Assembly (NCBI GenBank): GCA_951812955.1
Contig: OX638340.1
Coordinates: 3,744,001-3,808,000 of the forward strand
Source of the DNA: an uncultured Gemmatimonadota bacterium
GTDB taxonomy: Bacteria > JAAXHH01
Direction of reading: 5' to 3'
Length of the DNA stretch: 64,000 nt
The notes under the pieces were generated by a model. The model was not told where the DNA came from. It worked only from the letters and a program-made list of their open reading frames with translations, and searched no databases. The translations under genes were made by a program, and so were the position numbers. Numbering within the stretch: position 1 is the first letter of the stretch; every line of letters starts with the position of its first letter. This document shows, piece after piece, positions 9,468 to 18,709 of this stretch.

Positions 9468-10427
9468 ATGGTGTCTGAAGACGTCCTCAGGAGGCAGTTG
9501 GAATACGTACTGCACGGTACCAGCTTCGACCTGGGCAGCAAATTCGAGGGCAAGGTCAGGGACAACTACAGTCTGGACGGGAAGCGGATCATCGTGACCA
9601 CCGATCGAATTTCCGCCTTCGACAGGGTGTTGTGCGCCCTGCCCTTCAAGGGGCAGGTCATCAACCAGACCGCGGCCTTCTGGTTCGAGCAGACCCGCCA
9701 GATAATCGAGAACCACCTGATCGACGTGCCGGATCCGAACGTACTCGTGGCCAGGGAGTGCAGGCTGATTCCCGTCGAGATGGTCGTCCGCGGCTACCTG
9801 ACCGGCGTGACTACCACATCTGCATGGTACCACTATTCACATGGAAATCGCAATTTCTGCGGACACGCCCTGCCGGAGGGCATGAAGAAGAACCAGGCCT
9901 TCGACCAACCCATCATAACCCCTTCCACCAAGCCGGTTCAGGGCGGCCATGACGAGTCCATCTCGGGGGAGGAAGTGCTTCGAAGAGGTCTCGTGGAAGA
10001 ACCGGTGTATCGTGAAATGGAGCGAGCGGCCCTGGAACTGTTCGCATTCGGTACGGAAAAGGCCGCCGCCAATAATCTCATCCTGGTGGATACCAAGTAT
10101 GAGTTCGGCCTGTTCGAGGACCGGGTCATGCTGATCGACGAGATCCACACGCCAGACTCTTCCAGGTTCTGGGTAAAGAACACCTATCAGGATCTTTTCG
10201 AACGGGGCGAGGAGCCGGAAAAACTGGACAAGGAATTCGTCCGTGGATGGCTCGCGGACCGCGGTTTTCGTGGTGACGGTCCCATACCCCCTATCCCGGA
10301 CGAGGTCAAAATTGAAGCTGCCCGCCGTTACATTAAGGCCTACGAGATGATAACCGCCAGAACCTTCGAAGCCCGGAACGAGGATGTGTTGCAGCGGATC
10401 ACCCACCGGCTGCGGAACCCGAACTAG
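9468..10427 (+). CDS. purC: phosphoribosylaminoimidazole-succinocarboxamide synthase (long form)
   Basis: SAICAR synthetase motifs (GKVRD, DTKYEFG, TPDSSRFW); start taken at MVSEDV. Confidence 0.9.
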   Translation: MVSEDVLRRQLEYVLHGTSFDLGSKFEGKVRDNYSLDGKRIIVTTDRISAFDRVLCALPFKGQVINQTAAFWFEQTRQIIENHLIDVPDPNVLVARECRLIPVEMVVRGYLTGVTTTSAWYHYSHGNRNFCGHALPEGMKKNQAFDQPIITPSTKPVQGGHDESISGEEVLRRGLVEEPVYREMERAALELFAFGTEKAAANNLILVDTKYEFGLFEDRVMLIDEIHTPDSSRFWVKNTYQDLFERGEEPEKLDKEFVRGWLADRGFRGDGPIPPIPDEVKIEAARRYIKAYEMITARTFEARNEDVLQRITHRLRNPN

Positions 10428-10512
10428 CAGACCACAGGACACGCTCGGAATGGATGCCATCGTCCGGGATCACCCACCGGCTGCGAAACCCGAAATAGCT
10501 GACCCCTCTCGT

Positions 10513-13500
10513 ATGCGCCTGTCAAACCTTCTTGAAATCTCTGAAAAGTCCCCTGTCGTACAGCGTTACCTGGCGTTGGCCGCCGATACCGCCTGCTCCG
10601 CGAGGGTATCTGGGCTGGCAGGTTCTTCGCGTTCCCTTCTACTCGCGCACGCGCATAGAAAACGGAACGGCGCGACGCTGGTCATCGTGGAGGACACGGC
10701 CTCCGCCGAGGAGATGTTCGAGGATGTCTCCAGTCTTCTGGATCCCGGGGACGTGGCGCTGTTCCCCCCCTGGGAGGTGCTGCCCTACGACCAGGTCTCT
10801 CCGCCGGGCGACTTGTCGGGCCGGCGTCTCGGCGCGCTGCACGAACTGATGAAGAACAGGCCGCTGTTCGTCGTCGCCACGGTCAGGGCCGTCATGCAGC
10901 GCACCATGCCGCCGGCCGTGCTTGCCGGCTCCATCCTTCACGTCGCCGCGGGCGCTACAGTCTCGTTGAGCGATCTTACAGCGCGGTGCAACCGGCTCGG
11001 CTACGAGCGAACGGACATGGTCCAGGCGCCTGGCCACTTCAGCGTGCGGGGCGGTATCGTGGATGTTTTCCCCCACGGGATGGAACAACCGTGCAGAATC
11101 GAGTTCTTCGGTGACGTAGTGGAATCGATTCGGCTGTTTGACATCTACACGCAGCGGTCGTCTCGGAACATCCAGGAACTGACGGTGCTCCCGAACAGGG
11201 AATTGATCGACGAGCCTGAAACGCGTGCCGATGTGGTCAGGCGGGTCAGGCAGGCGGCCGAATCGTTTTCGACCGACGCGTCCGAACTGGTCTCTCACAT
11301 CGAGGACGGAGGTCTGTTCGAAGGCAGCGAACGCTACCTTCCCTATTTCCATCCCTCCGCCGCCACCATCATGAATTACCTGCCGGATCACACGCTGATC
11401 GTCCGGTGCGAACCCGATGAATTGGAGCGCGAAGCGGAATCATTCGCGGAGGAATATGAAAACACCCACCTTCGTCGAACGGAGGCGGGTGATCTGGTTC
11501 CCGAGCCGGAAGAAGCGATTCTGGGCTGGCATGACATAGAGGAGGACTCGGCCTACTATGGCACGATGGACATGGTGCGCGGCGCGCGTGCGTCCAGGGG
11601 CTGGCTCGCCATCGGTACCGAGGCATCGGGCGTGTACCACGGGGCGATGGACGTCCTGAAGTCCCGGCTGGAGGAATGGAGCGCGGACAACGCCCGGATC
11701 GTGGTGGTATGCGACAACGAAGGACAGGCGGAAAGACTGCGGGAGATCCTGGGTCCGGACTCCCCGGTGATCGAAATGGCCGTCGGACCGATGCACGCCG
11801 GGTTTGTTCTTCCCGACTTGCCCCTCGTGGTGTTGACCGACGCGGAGATCTTCAACCGTTACCGCAGACGCCGTCGCAAGGTCTTCAAGGAAGGCGTGGT
11901 GATCGAGGATTTCACCAGCCTCAAAGAAGGGGACTACGTCGTCCATATAGACCACGGCATCGGCCGGTACGTAGGGTTGAAGCGAATCTCCGTGGACGAC
12001 CGGGAACGGGACTGCCTGACCCTGATCTACGCCGCAGACGACCGGGTTTTCATCCCCATCGAGCAGTTGCACCGGGTTCAGAAGTATATCGGTTCCGATG
12101 GCGAGGTGCCTGCGTTGTCGAAACTGGGCGGGCGAGCCTGGGAACAGGCCAAGTCGCGCACCCGAAAGGCGGTCAAGGATATCGCCGAAGATCTGGTCAA
12201 GCTCTACGCGGCCCGGCAGGCCAGCCCGGGACACGCCTTCTCGGCCGACACTCCCTGGCAGACGGAAATGGAAGACTCCTTCATCTACGAGGATACACCC
12301 GACCAGGAGTCGGCGACATCGGACGTAAAGTCGGACATGGAGAAATCGGTGCCCATGGACCGATTGATCTGCGGGGACGTGGGGTACGGGAAGACGGAAG
12401 TGGCGATACGCGCCGCATTCAAGGCGGTGCTGGACGGTAAACAGGTCGCCGTGCTGGCCCCGACCACCATCCTGGCCCAGCAGCACCTGACCACCTTCTC
12501 CGAGCGGCTCGCGGACTACCCGGTGAACATTCGCATGCTGAGCCGCTTCGTTACGCCGCAGGAACAGAAAACCGTTGTGTCCGGGCTCAGGAACGGCGAC
12601 GTGGATGTCGTCATCGGCACGCACCGCCTCATTTCCGCCGACATAGAATTTCATGACATGGGCCTGCTTGTCGTCGACGAAGAACAGCGGTTCGGCGTGG
12701 CCCACAAGGAGCGGCTCAAGCAATTGAAGACCTCCGTGGACGTCATGACCATGACCGCCACGCCCATACCGCGGACGTTGCACATGTCGTTGGTTTCCGC
12801 CCGCGACATGTCGCTCATCACCACCCCGCCGAGGGACCGGCTGCCGGTGCACACCGAGGTGGTGCGTTTCAACGAAGATGTGATCTGCGAGGCGATCATG
12901 CGGGAGGTGGACCGGGGCGGACAGGTCTTTTTCGTTCACAACCGGGTACAATCCATCGAGGCGGTCGCGGAATTCCTGCGTCGCCTCCTGCCCCAGGTAT
13001 CTTTCGTCGTGGGCCACGGGCAGATGCAGGAGCGGGAATTGGAGCAGGTGATGATCGACTTTCTGGATCAAAAGTATGATTGCCTCGTGTCCACGATGAT
13101 CATCGAATCCGGTCTGGATATTCCCAATGTAAACACCATCCTGGTCAATCGCGCGGACCGGTTCGGACTTGCCCAGTTGTACCAGCTCCGGGGCCGCGTG
13201 GGGAGGTCAAATCACCGGGCCTACGCGTACCTGATGATCCCCGCCGCCGGAACGGTCACGCCCGACGCCCGCAAGCGGCTGGCCGTGATCTCCGAGTACA
13301 CCGCGCTCGGATCGGGATTCCATATCGCCATGAGGGACCTCGAGATCCGTGGCGCGGGCAACCTGCTGGGCACGGAGCAACACGGGTTCATATCCTCCAT
13401 CGGGTTCGATCTCTACTGCCGTCTGTTGAAAGAGGCGATGGAGGACCTTAAGGGCGAGACGCGCGAAGAGACCCACGAGGCCGAAATCGAACTGCAGGTG

Positions 13501-13914
13501 AGTGCCTTCATTCCCGATGACTATATCGCCGATCGAAAGCTCAAGGTCGGCTTTTACCAGCGGCTTTCACGGGTGGAAGAGGAAGGGGACGTCGTCTCGT
13601 TGCGGGAGGAGATGCAGGACCGGTTCGGCCGGCTTCCCGACCCGGTTCGCGTCCTTTTCGACCTGGTATCCATTCGGCAGATTGCGGTCCGGATCGGCCT
13701 GAAGCAGCTCAGCGTACGCGGTAATGAAATGGCCCTGACCTACAGGAACGGCCTCTACCCTTCGAGGGAAAGGATCGCGAACGTGACGGACGATCCCGCG
13801 CTGGACATCGAGTTTCCCCACGGTGACGGGTTCCGAATCAGGGCGGGACTGATCGGAAAATCGGAAGCTGAACGGGTCGAAACAGCTAAAAACCTGTTGC
13901 TTAAACTGCTGTGA
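10513..13914 (+). CDS. mfd: transcription-repair coupling factor
   Basis: ~1130 aa; UvrB-homology N-terminus, RNAP-interaction domain, superfamily-2 helicase motifs (GDVGYGKTEVA, DEEQRFG), TRG motif and C-terminal D7; start uncertain (10450 or 10513). Confidence 0.9.
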   Translation: MRLSNLLEISEKSPVVQRYLALAADTACSARVSGLAGSSRSLLLAHAHRKRNGATLVIVEDTASAEEMFEDVSSLLDPGDVALFPPWEVLPYDQVSPPGDLSGRRLGALHELMKNRPLFVVATVRAVMQRTMPPAVLAGSILHVAAGATVSLSDLTARCNRLGYERTDMVQAPGHFSVRGGIVDVFPHGMEQPCRIEFFGDVVESIRLFDIYTQRSSRNIQELTVLPNRELIDEPETRADVVRRVRQAAESFSTDASELVSHIEDGGLFEGSERYLPYFHPSAATIMNYLPDHTLIVRCEPDELEREAESFAEEYENTHLRRTEAGDLVPEPEEAILGWHDIEEDSAYYGTMDMVRGARASRGWLAIGTEASGVYHGAMDVLKSRLEEWSADNARIVVVCDNEGQAERLREILGPDSPVIEMAVGPMHAGFVLPDLPLVVLTDAEIFNRYRRRRRKVFKEGVVIEDFTSLKEGDYVVHIDHGIGRYVGLKRISVDDRERDCLTLIYAADDRVFIPIEQLHRVQKYIGSDGEVPALSKLGGRAWEQAKSRTRKAVKDIAEDLVKLYAARQASPGHAFSADTPWQTEMEDSFIYEDTPDQESATSDVKSDMEKSVPMDRLICGDVGYGKTEVAIRAAFKAVLDGKQVAVLAPTTILAQQHLTTFSERLADYPVNIRMLSRFVTPQEQKTVVSGLRNGDVDVVIGTHRLISADIEFHDMGLLVVDEEQRFGVAHKERLKQLKTSVDVMTMTATPIPRTLHMSLVSARDMSLITTPPRDRLPVHTEVVRFNEDVICEAIMREVDRGGQVFFVHNRVQSIEAVAEFLRRLLPQVSFVVGHGQMQERELEQVMIDFLDQKYDCLVSTMIIESGLDIPNVNTILVNRADRFGLAQLYQLRGRVGRSNHRAYAYLMIPAAGTVTPDARKRLAVISEYTALGSGFHIAMRDLEIRGAGNLLGTEQHGFISSIGFDLYCRLLKEAMEDLKGETREETHEAEIELQVSAFIPDDYIADRKLKVGFYQRLSRVEEEGDVVSLREEMQDRFGRLPDPVRVLFDLVSIRQIAVRIGLKQLSVRGNEMALTYRNGLYPSRERIANVTDDPALDIEFPHGDGFRIRAGLIGKSEAERVETAKNLLLKLL

Positions 13915-13977
13915 ATTGTTAATGATACCTTCTCGGATACTGAAATCGGATCCGCCCGCTATAGAGGGAAGATCAGC

Positions 13978-14844
13978 ATGAAACCCGCGCTTTTTTGCGC
14001 CGTTCTTTTGAATGCGGCTCTTCTCTTCACGCAGTGCCAGTTCCTTACGATCGCCGAAGACCCCGACACGGTTGTCGCGCGGGTGAACCAGTCCACGCTG
14101 ACGGTCGATCAACTGGAAGCCGAACTGGATGACGCGGAGCTGCCTGCCGCCACCCTGCAAATGAGGAGGGACTGGGTATCTGTCTGGATCCGGACCGAAC
14201 TGCTTTACCAGGAAGCCCTGCGGCGAGATTTCGACGGCGACGGGAAGACGCTCCGGGAACTGGACCGGATGCGCAGAGATCACCTGGCCAACGTCGTGCT
14301 GGAACACGTCATCACGGATTCGTCGATGGTGGTTACCGATGAAGAGGTGGCGGGTTATTTCGAGGCCAACCGGAAGGAGTTCGTTTACCACGAACCGGAA
14401 CTCAGGCTCTCGGTTATCGTTCTACCTGACGAGGCCACGGCCCGACAGGTCCGCGGCCAGTTGTCGCGCCGCAGCGGTACCTTCGAGGAACTGGCGCGAA
14501 CGCGATCCATACATCCCTCCTCGGCCGATGGGGGAGACCTGGGATTCTTGAAAAGGGCGGATATCACCGACATTTCCGTGCAGGAAATCGTGTTTTCCCT
14601 CAGCGTAGGCCAGGTTTCACGGCCGGTCCTTTCCGAGTCCGGCTCGTTCATCTTCAGGGTCGCGGAGCGTCGCGCGGCGGGCACCGTGCCGCCGTTGGAT
14701 GAAGTCCGTGGTGAGATCGTCAACAGGATGCTGCAAGACCGGCGACGCGAACTGGTCAGACGGTTCGTGGATGCGCTGAGGCAATCTTCCGACGTGGAAA
14801 TCTTCAACGGGAACCTGATGCGGTCGGAACCCGACGAGCAATAG
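13978..14844 (+). CDS. SurA-like peptidyl-prolyl cis-trans isomerase (single parvulin domain)
   Basis: Signal peptide; SurA N-terminal chaperone-like region plus PpiC/parvulin domain (GGDLGFL..). Confidence 0.75.
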   Translation: MKPALFCAVLLNAALLFTQCQFLTIAEDPDTVVARVNQSTLTVDQLEAELDDAELPAATLQMRRDWVSVWIRTELLYQEALRRDFDGDGKTLRELDRMRRDHLANVVLEHVITDSSMVVTDEEVAGYFEANRKEFVYHEPELRLSVIVLPDEATARQVRGQLSRRSGTFEELARTRSIHPSSADGGDLGFLKRADITDISVQEIVFSLSVGQVSRPVLSESGSFIFRVAERRAAGTVPPLDEVRGEIVNRMLQDRRRELVRRFVDALRQSSDVEIFNGNLMRSEPDEQ

Positions 14845-14861
14845 ACAGGAAACGGAGGAAC

Positions 14862-16178
14862 ATGAACGTGCGCTCGATTACCCGCCATTTTCCACTGGTT
14901 CTGGTCCTGGCCGTGGTCGTGGGAGGACGTCCGGTTCTCGGCCAGCAGCTGGTTGACTATGTCGTGGCCGTCGTGGACAATGAGATCATTCTCTATTCCG
15001 ATGTGATTGAAGCGGTAAAGATGTATAGAATGCAACAGCTGGAGCAGGAACCCGAAGACCTCCCGGGCCATTTGCTGGACAACATGATCGATACGCGTGT
15101 CGTGCTCGCCTATGCCCGCCGGGACAGTGTCAGGGTACCCGCCGAACAGATAAACGGCGCGGTCCGCCAGATCATCGACCAGTACACGGAACAACTCGGT
15201 TCCAATGAAGCCCTGGAACAACTGGTGACGAATTCCGGAATGACCATGCGGGACTGGAACCGGCTACTCAGGCGGCAGAAGGAGGAGGAACTTCTGCAGC
15301 GGAAGCTCGAGGAAGAACGTTTCGGCGAAGTCCGGGTGACCGGCCTGGAGGTCGCACGCTACTATGAGACCCATTACGACAGTATTCCGTCGAATCCCGT
15401 CATAATGGACTTGAGCCACATCATGATCTCCTCACTTCCGGACCCGGAAGTCGTAGCCTCATTGAATGCAAGGACCGAGGAGATCCGGCGCCGCATAGCG
15501 GACGGGGAGGACTTCGGCGAAATGGCACGGCGGTATTCGGAAGATCTGAACAGCGCCACGAATGGCGGAGACCTGGGGTTCTTCGCACGCGGCACGTTCA
15601 TGGCCGAATTCGAAGAAGCGGCTTTCGCCCTTGAACCGGGCGAAATCAGCCCCCCGGTGCGGACGGACGTGGGTCTGCATATCATCAAGCTGGAAGAAAG
15701 GAATGAAGACCAGATCCGCGTGCGTCACATTCTGGTCCAGATCCCGAAGACTGATGAAGACGATCATCGTGCGCTGGAGACGATTTCCATACTGCGTCAG
15801 CGGATTCTCGACGGCGATGAGACCTTTTCCGAGGCCGCCACCAAGTACTCCGAAGACCTCGCCTCCGCTTCAGAAGGAGGCCGTATCGGTGAGTTCATGC
15901 GCGATCAGTTGCTGCCTCAATACCAGGCCGCACTGGATACCATATCCGTCAACGAGTTGACCGAACCGATCAGGGTGGTGGACCAGGATAACATCTCCTA
16001 CCACATCATGATGCTGAACGACAGAACCGGCGGCGACAAGCTTACCCTGGACGAACATTTCCAGCAAATCACATATCTTGCCAAACAGGCCAAGTGGAAT
16101 CGGGAAAGGGAACGCTGGCTCGGGGACCTCAGGCACGAGTTGTATATCGACGAACGTGGTCTGGAGGCCCTGCCCTGA
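14862..16178 (+). CDS. surA: peptidyl-prolyl cis-trans isomerase SurA (two parvulin domains)
   Basis: Signal peptide; two parvulin domains (NGGDLGFFARG.. and EGGRIGEF..). Confidence 0.8.
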   Translation: MNVRSITRHFPLVLVLAVVVGGRPVLGQQLVDYVVAVVDNEIILYSDVIEAVKMYRMQQLEQEPEDLPGHLLDNMIDTRVVLAYARRDSVRVPAEQINGAVRQIIDQYTEQLGSNEALEQLVTNSGMTMRDWNRLLRRQKEEELLQRKLEEERFGEVRVTGLEVARYYETHYDSIPSNPVIMDLSHIMISSLPDPEVVASLNARTEEIRRRIADGEDFGEMARRYSEDLNSATNGGDLGFFARGTFMAEFEEAAFALEPGEISPPVRTDVGLHIIKLEERNEDQIRVRHILVQIPKTDEDDHRALETISILRQRILDGDETFSEAATKYSEDLASASEGGRIGEFMRDQLLPQYQAALDTISVNELTEPIRVVDQDNISYHIMMLNDRTGGDKLTLDEHFQQITYLAKQAKWNRERERWLGDLRHELYIDERGLEALP

Positions 16179-16211
16179 GCAGTGATCCCCGGCGCTCGCA
16201 TACCTGATGAT

Positions 16212-16523
16212 ATGAGAATAGATCAGTTTCTGAAACGGTCCCGCATCATCAAACAACGGGATGCCGCCAAGAAGGCCTGCGACCGGGGCATGATTACCAT
16301 CTCCGGAAGATCCGCGAAACCCGGCCACCAGGTCGCGGCGAAGGACATCGTCGTCGTGGAGTGGCCCGACAGACGGCTGGAGTTCGAAGTGTTGGACGTC
16401 CCGGACGGGAACGTGTCGAAAGAAAAAGCACTGTCCCTGTACCACGTGCTCAGCGATGAACAATCCAGCGATGAACGACCCAGCGATGAACAATCCAGCG
16501 ATGAACGTCCCAGCGATGAATGA
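16212..16523 (+). CDS. S4-domain RNA-binding protein (Hsp15/YbcJ-like) with acidic C-terminal tandem repeat
   Basis: MRIDQFLK..S4 fold signature; C-terminus SDEQSSDERP x2 encoded by a 30-bp tandem repeat. Confidence 0.7.
   Translation: MRIDQFLKRSRIIKQRDAAKKACDRGMITISGRSAKPGHQVAAKDIVVVEWPDRRLEFEVLDVPDGNVSKEKALSLYHVLSDEQSSDERPSDEQSSDERPSDE
16451..16520 (+). repeat. in-frame coding tandem repeat, 30-bp unit x 2.3
   Basis: cagcgatgaacaatccagcgatgaacgacc repeated; encodes SDEQSSDERP repeats at the C-terminus of the S4 protein. Confidence 0.85.
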
Positions 16524-16583
16524 CCTGGCGATCATTCTGCAGGGATCGAAGCACGGTGAACGCGCGCCGGGGCCCAGAGTCCG

Positions 16584-17366
16584 GTGAGCAAGCGCCCCAG
16601 GAAGACCCTCCCGGCTGATTTCGAGCTTCCCTACAGCCAGTTGGCCCAGGTATACGATCACGTGATGCGCCACGTGGACTATATCCGGTGGGCCGACTAT
16701 ATCCAGTCGGTATTTACACGGTTCGAGGCGACGCCGAAGGACGTACTCGAACTGGCCTGCGGGACCGGGGCCATGGCGTGTATCCTCGATGACCGAGGAT
16801 ACCGGATGACGGGCATAGACCGGTCGGAGAGCATGATCGCCGTCGCGAAGCAGAAATCCGTTGATGCGAGCCGGGCCATCCGCTTCCAGGTAGGCGACAT
16901 GGTCCGCATGCCAGTACCGGGATCCTTCGATGCGGTGCTATGCCTGTACGATAGCCTCAACTACGTCGTGGACGAGGCGGACATCGCCGCGATGCTGAAT
17001 GGGTTGCGCCGTGTTTTGAACGCAGGCGGCCTGTTCGTATTCGACGTATGTACGGAGATCAATTCGCGCAGGTACTTCCATAACCAGGTCGACCAGGAAA
17101 GCAAAGGGGATTTCTCCTACGTCCGGCGTTGCGAGTACGTCCCCGAGACGCGCATACAGGTCAACGAATTCCAGTTTACTTTCAACCGCGAAGGAAAGCG
17201 GTATTCCACCCGGGAACGCCACGAGCAACGGATATATCCAGTAGCCCGGCTCGAGGAAATCTGCCAGGAGTCGGGTTACCACGTACTCGGCGCTTTCGAC
17301 GGTTTCAGTTTCGAAGAAGCGTCGGAGAAATCCAACAGGGTCCATTACGTGGTCCGTCCCGTCTAA
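16584..17366 (+). CDS. class I SAM-dependent methyltransferase
   Basis: SAM-binding motif I (VLELACGTG), motif II (D-R); 260 aa. Confidence 0.8.
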   Translation: MSKRPRKTLPADFELPYSQLAQVYDHVMRHVDYIRWADYIQSVFTRFEATPKDVLELACGTGAMACILDDRGYRMTGIDRSESMIAVAKQKSVDASRAIRFQVGDMVRMPVPGSFDAVLCLYDSLNYVVDEADIAAMLNGLRRVLNAGGLFVFDVCTEINSRRYFHNQVDQESKGDFSYVRRCEYVPETRIQVNEFQFTFNREGKRYSTRERHEQRIYPVARLEEICQESGYHVLGAFDGFSFEEASEKSNRVHYVVRPV

Positions 17367-17380
17367 CCGAACCTTCCCAT

Positions 17381-18619
17381 ATGGCATTCGATCGCGTTGT
17401 AGGCCACGACAGACAGCGGCAGCGGCTCATGAATGCCGTAGCGCAGGACCGCCTGGCCCACGGGTACCTGTTCTGCGGACCGCCGGGCGTTGGCGCCGAA
17501 GCATTGGCCATTGAACTCGCGTGCGCGGTCAACTGCGAAAGCGGACCCGGGGAACCTTGCGGGCAGTGCCGGCACTGCCGGCGGATTCGCGCGCTTCAGC
17601 ATCCCGATTTACACCTGCTGGTGCCTTCTTCATCCGCCCCGCCGCCGGACCGTCCATCCGGCCGTGGCGAGGGTTCGTCCAGCCGCGGCGACGCCCGGCA
17701 GGAACGGAGGATGGGCCTGGCCTTCCAGCTGGCGGACGACCCCTACGCCGCTCTGCCGTTCGGTTCGAACGACATCCTTTCCGTGGACGACGTCCGGTCG
17801 CTTCGTAAAGATGCGTCCGCCAAGCCCTTCGAAGGACGGAGGAAGGTCGCGGTTATCGTGGCCGCGGACCGGATGAACACCGCCGCTTCGAACGCGCTGC
17901 TCAAGACGCTGGAAGAGCCGCCGGGAAGCCTGATGCTCATACTGACCGCATCCCGCTCCCAGCGGCTGCCGCCGACCATCGTGTCACGCTGCCAACCCGT
18001 TTTTCTGGCGCGCCTGCGGGAAGCCGATGTAAAGGCGGCGCTTATCGAGCGGTATGACATTGATCCCGAGGAGGCCGGAGATCTCGCCCGCAGGTCTGAA
18101 GGCCGCCTTTCCGAGGCACTTACGGCGAGATCCGAGCGGGGGGCGGGGCTCAGGGAGGAAGCCTTCATCCTGCTTGAATGCATTTACGACGCAACACCGC
18201 TGCGATTGTTCGAACAGGTGGAATCGCTGGCCGCCTCGCACCGGGACGAACCGGTCATGGACAAGATCCTGGATCATCTGTTGGCGTTGTACCGCGATCT
18301 GTTTATCCTCGACACCACAGGCGGTTCCTCCACGCTCTCGTACACCGAACGCGTCGACGCCCTGCGTGCGCTGGCTTCCGGGATGGACCTCGAAGATATC
18401 GAGAACGGCATAGCCGCCATCGAAGAAGCCAGGCGGGACATCGCGCGGAACGCCCACGTGCAGCTGGCCCTCCTCGTACTTGTCCTCAGACTCAGACTGA
18501 AACGAGGATCTGAAGCCTCGCGCCAGTCGCCTTCGCATCAGACGCCTTCGCGCCAGTCGCCTTCGCGCCGGACGCCTTCCGATGAAACACCGCCCCATGC
18601 CTTGCCCGCCGCGGATTGA
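17381..18619 (+). CDS. holB: DNA polymerase III subunit delta prime, with low-complexity C-terminal tail
   Basis: AAA+ clamp-loader fold without intact ATPase (GPPGVGAE); zinc module CGQCRHC; SRC-like motif; start at ATG 17381 (ORF track extends upstream); C-terminal SRQSPS repeats. Confidence 0.8.
   Translation: MAFDRVVGHDRQRQRLMNAVAQDRLAHGYLFCGPPGVGAEALAIELACAVNCESGPGEPCGQCRHCRRIRALQHPDLHLLVPSSSAPPPDRPSGRGEGSSSRGDARQERRMGLAFQLADDPYAALPFGSNDILSVDDVRSLRKDASAKPFEGRRKVAVIVAADRMNTAASNALLKTLEEPPGSLMLILTASRSQRLPPTIVSRCQPVFLARLREADVKAALIERYDIDPEEAGDLARRSEGRLSEALTARSERGAGLREEAFILLECIYDATPLRLFEQVESLAASHRDEPVMDKILDHLLALYRDLFILDTTGGSSTLSYTERVDALRALASGMDLEDIENGIAAIEEARRDIARNAHVQLALLVLVLRLRLKRGSEASRQSPSHQTPSRQSPSRRTPSDETPPHALPAAD
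18521..18580 (+). repeat. in-frame coding tandem repeat, 30-bp unit x 2
   Basis: cgccagtcgccttcgcatcagacgccttcg / cgccagtcgccttcgcgccggacgccttcc; encodes the SRQSPS(H/R)QTPS tail of holB. Confidence 0.8.
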
Positions 18620-18709
18620 TCCGTTGACAAACCGCCCTCAACACGCTATCCTGATGCTGGAATCAACAGGGTTCGTCCGGCATAGAACGACCACGCCTGT
18701 GAGGGAGTC

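Noticed and set aside
11440-13071. 543-aa minus-strand ORF (and similar long antisense ORFs at 18740..20149, 35458..37062, 36254..37072, 40163..41993, 62596..63993, 27030..28337, 28730..29809, 31186..32604)
   Set aside because: Each lies opposite a gene with clear family motifs (mfd, metG, sdhA, membrane protein B, CRTAC1, sulfatase, Gfo/Idh/MocA, cyclase); in a GC-rich genome long open antisense frames are expected; compositions are Arg/Gly/His/Pro-rich nonsense.
18624-18659. TTGACA-N17-TATCCT sigma70-like promoter upstream of metG
   Set aside because: Perfect -35 but the host appears to be FCB-group, where primary-sigma promoters use a different consensus (TTTG / TAnnTTTG); cannot be supported without TSS data.
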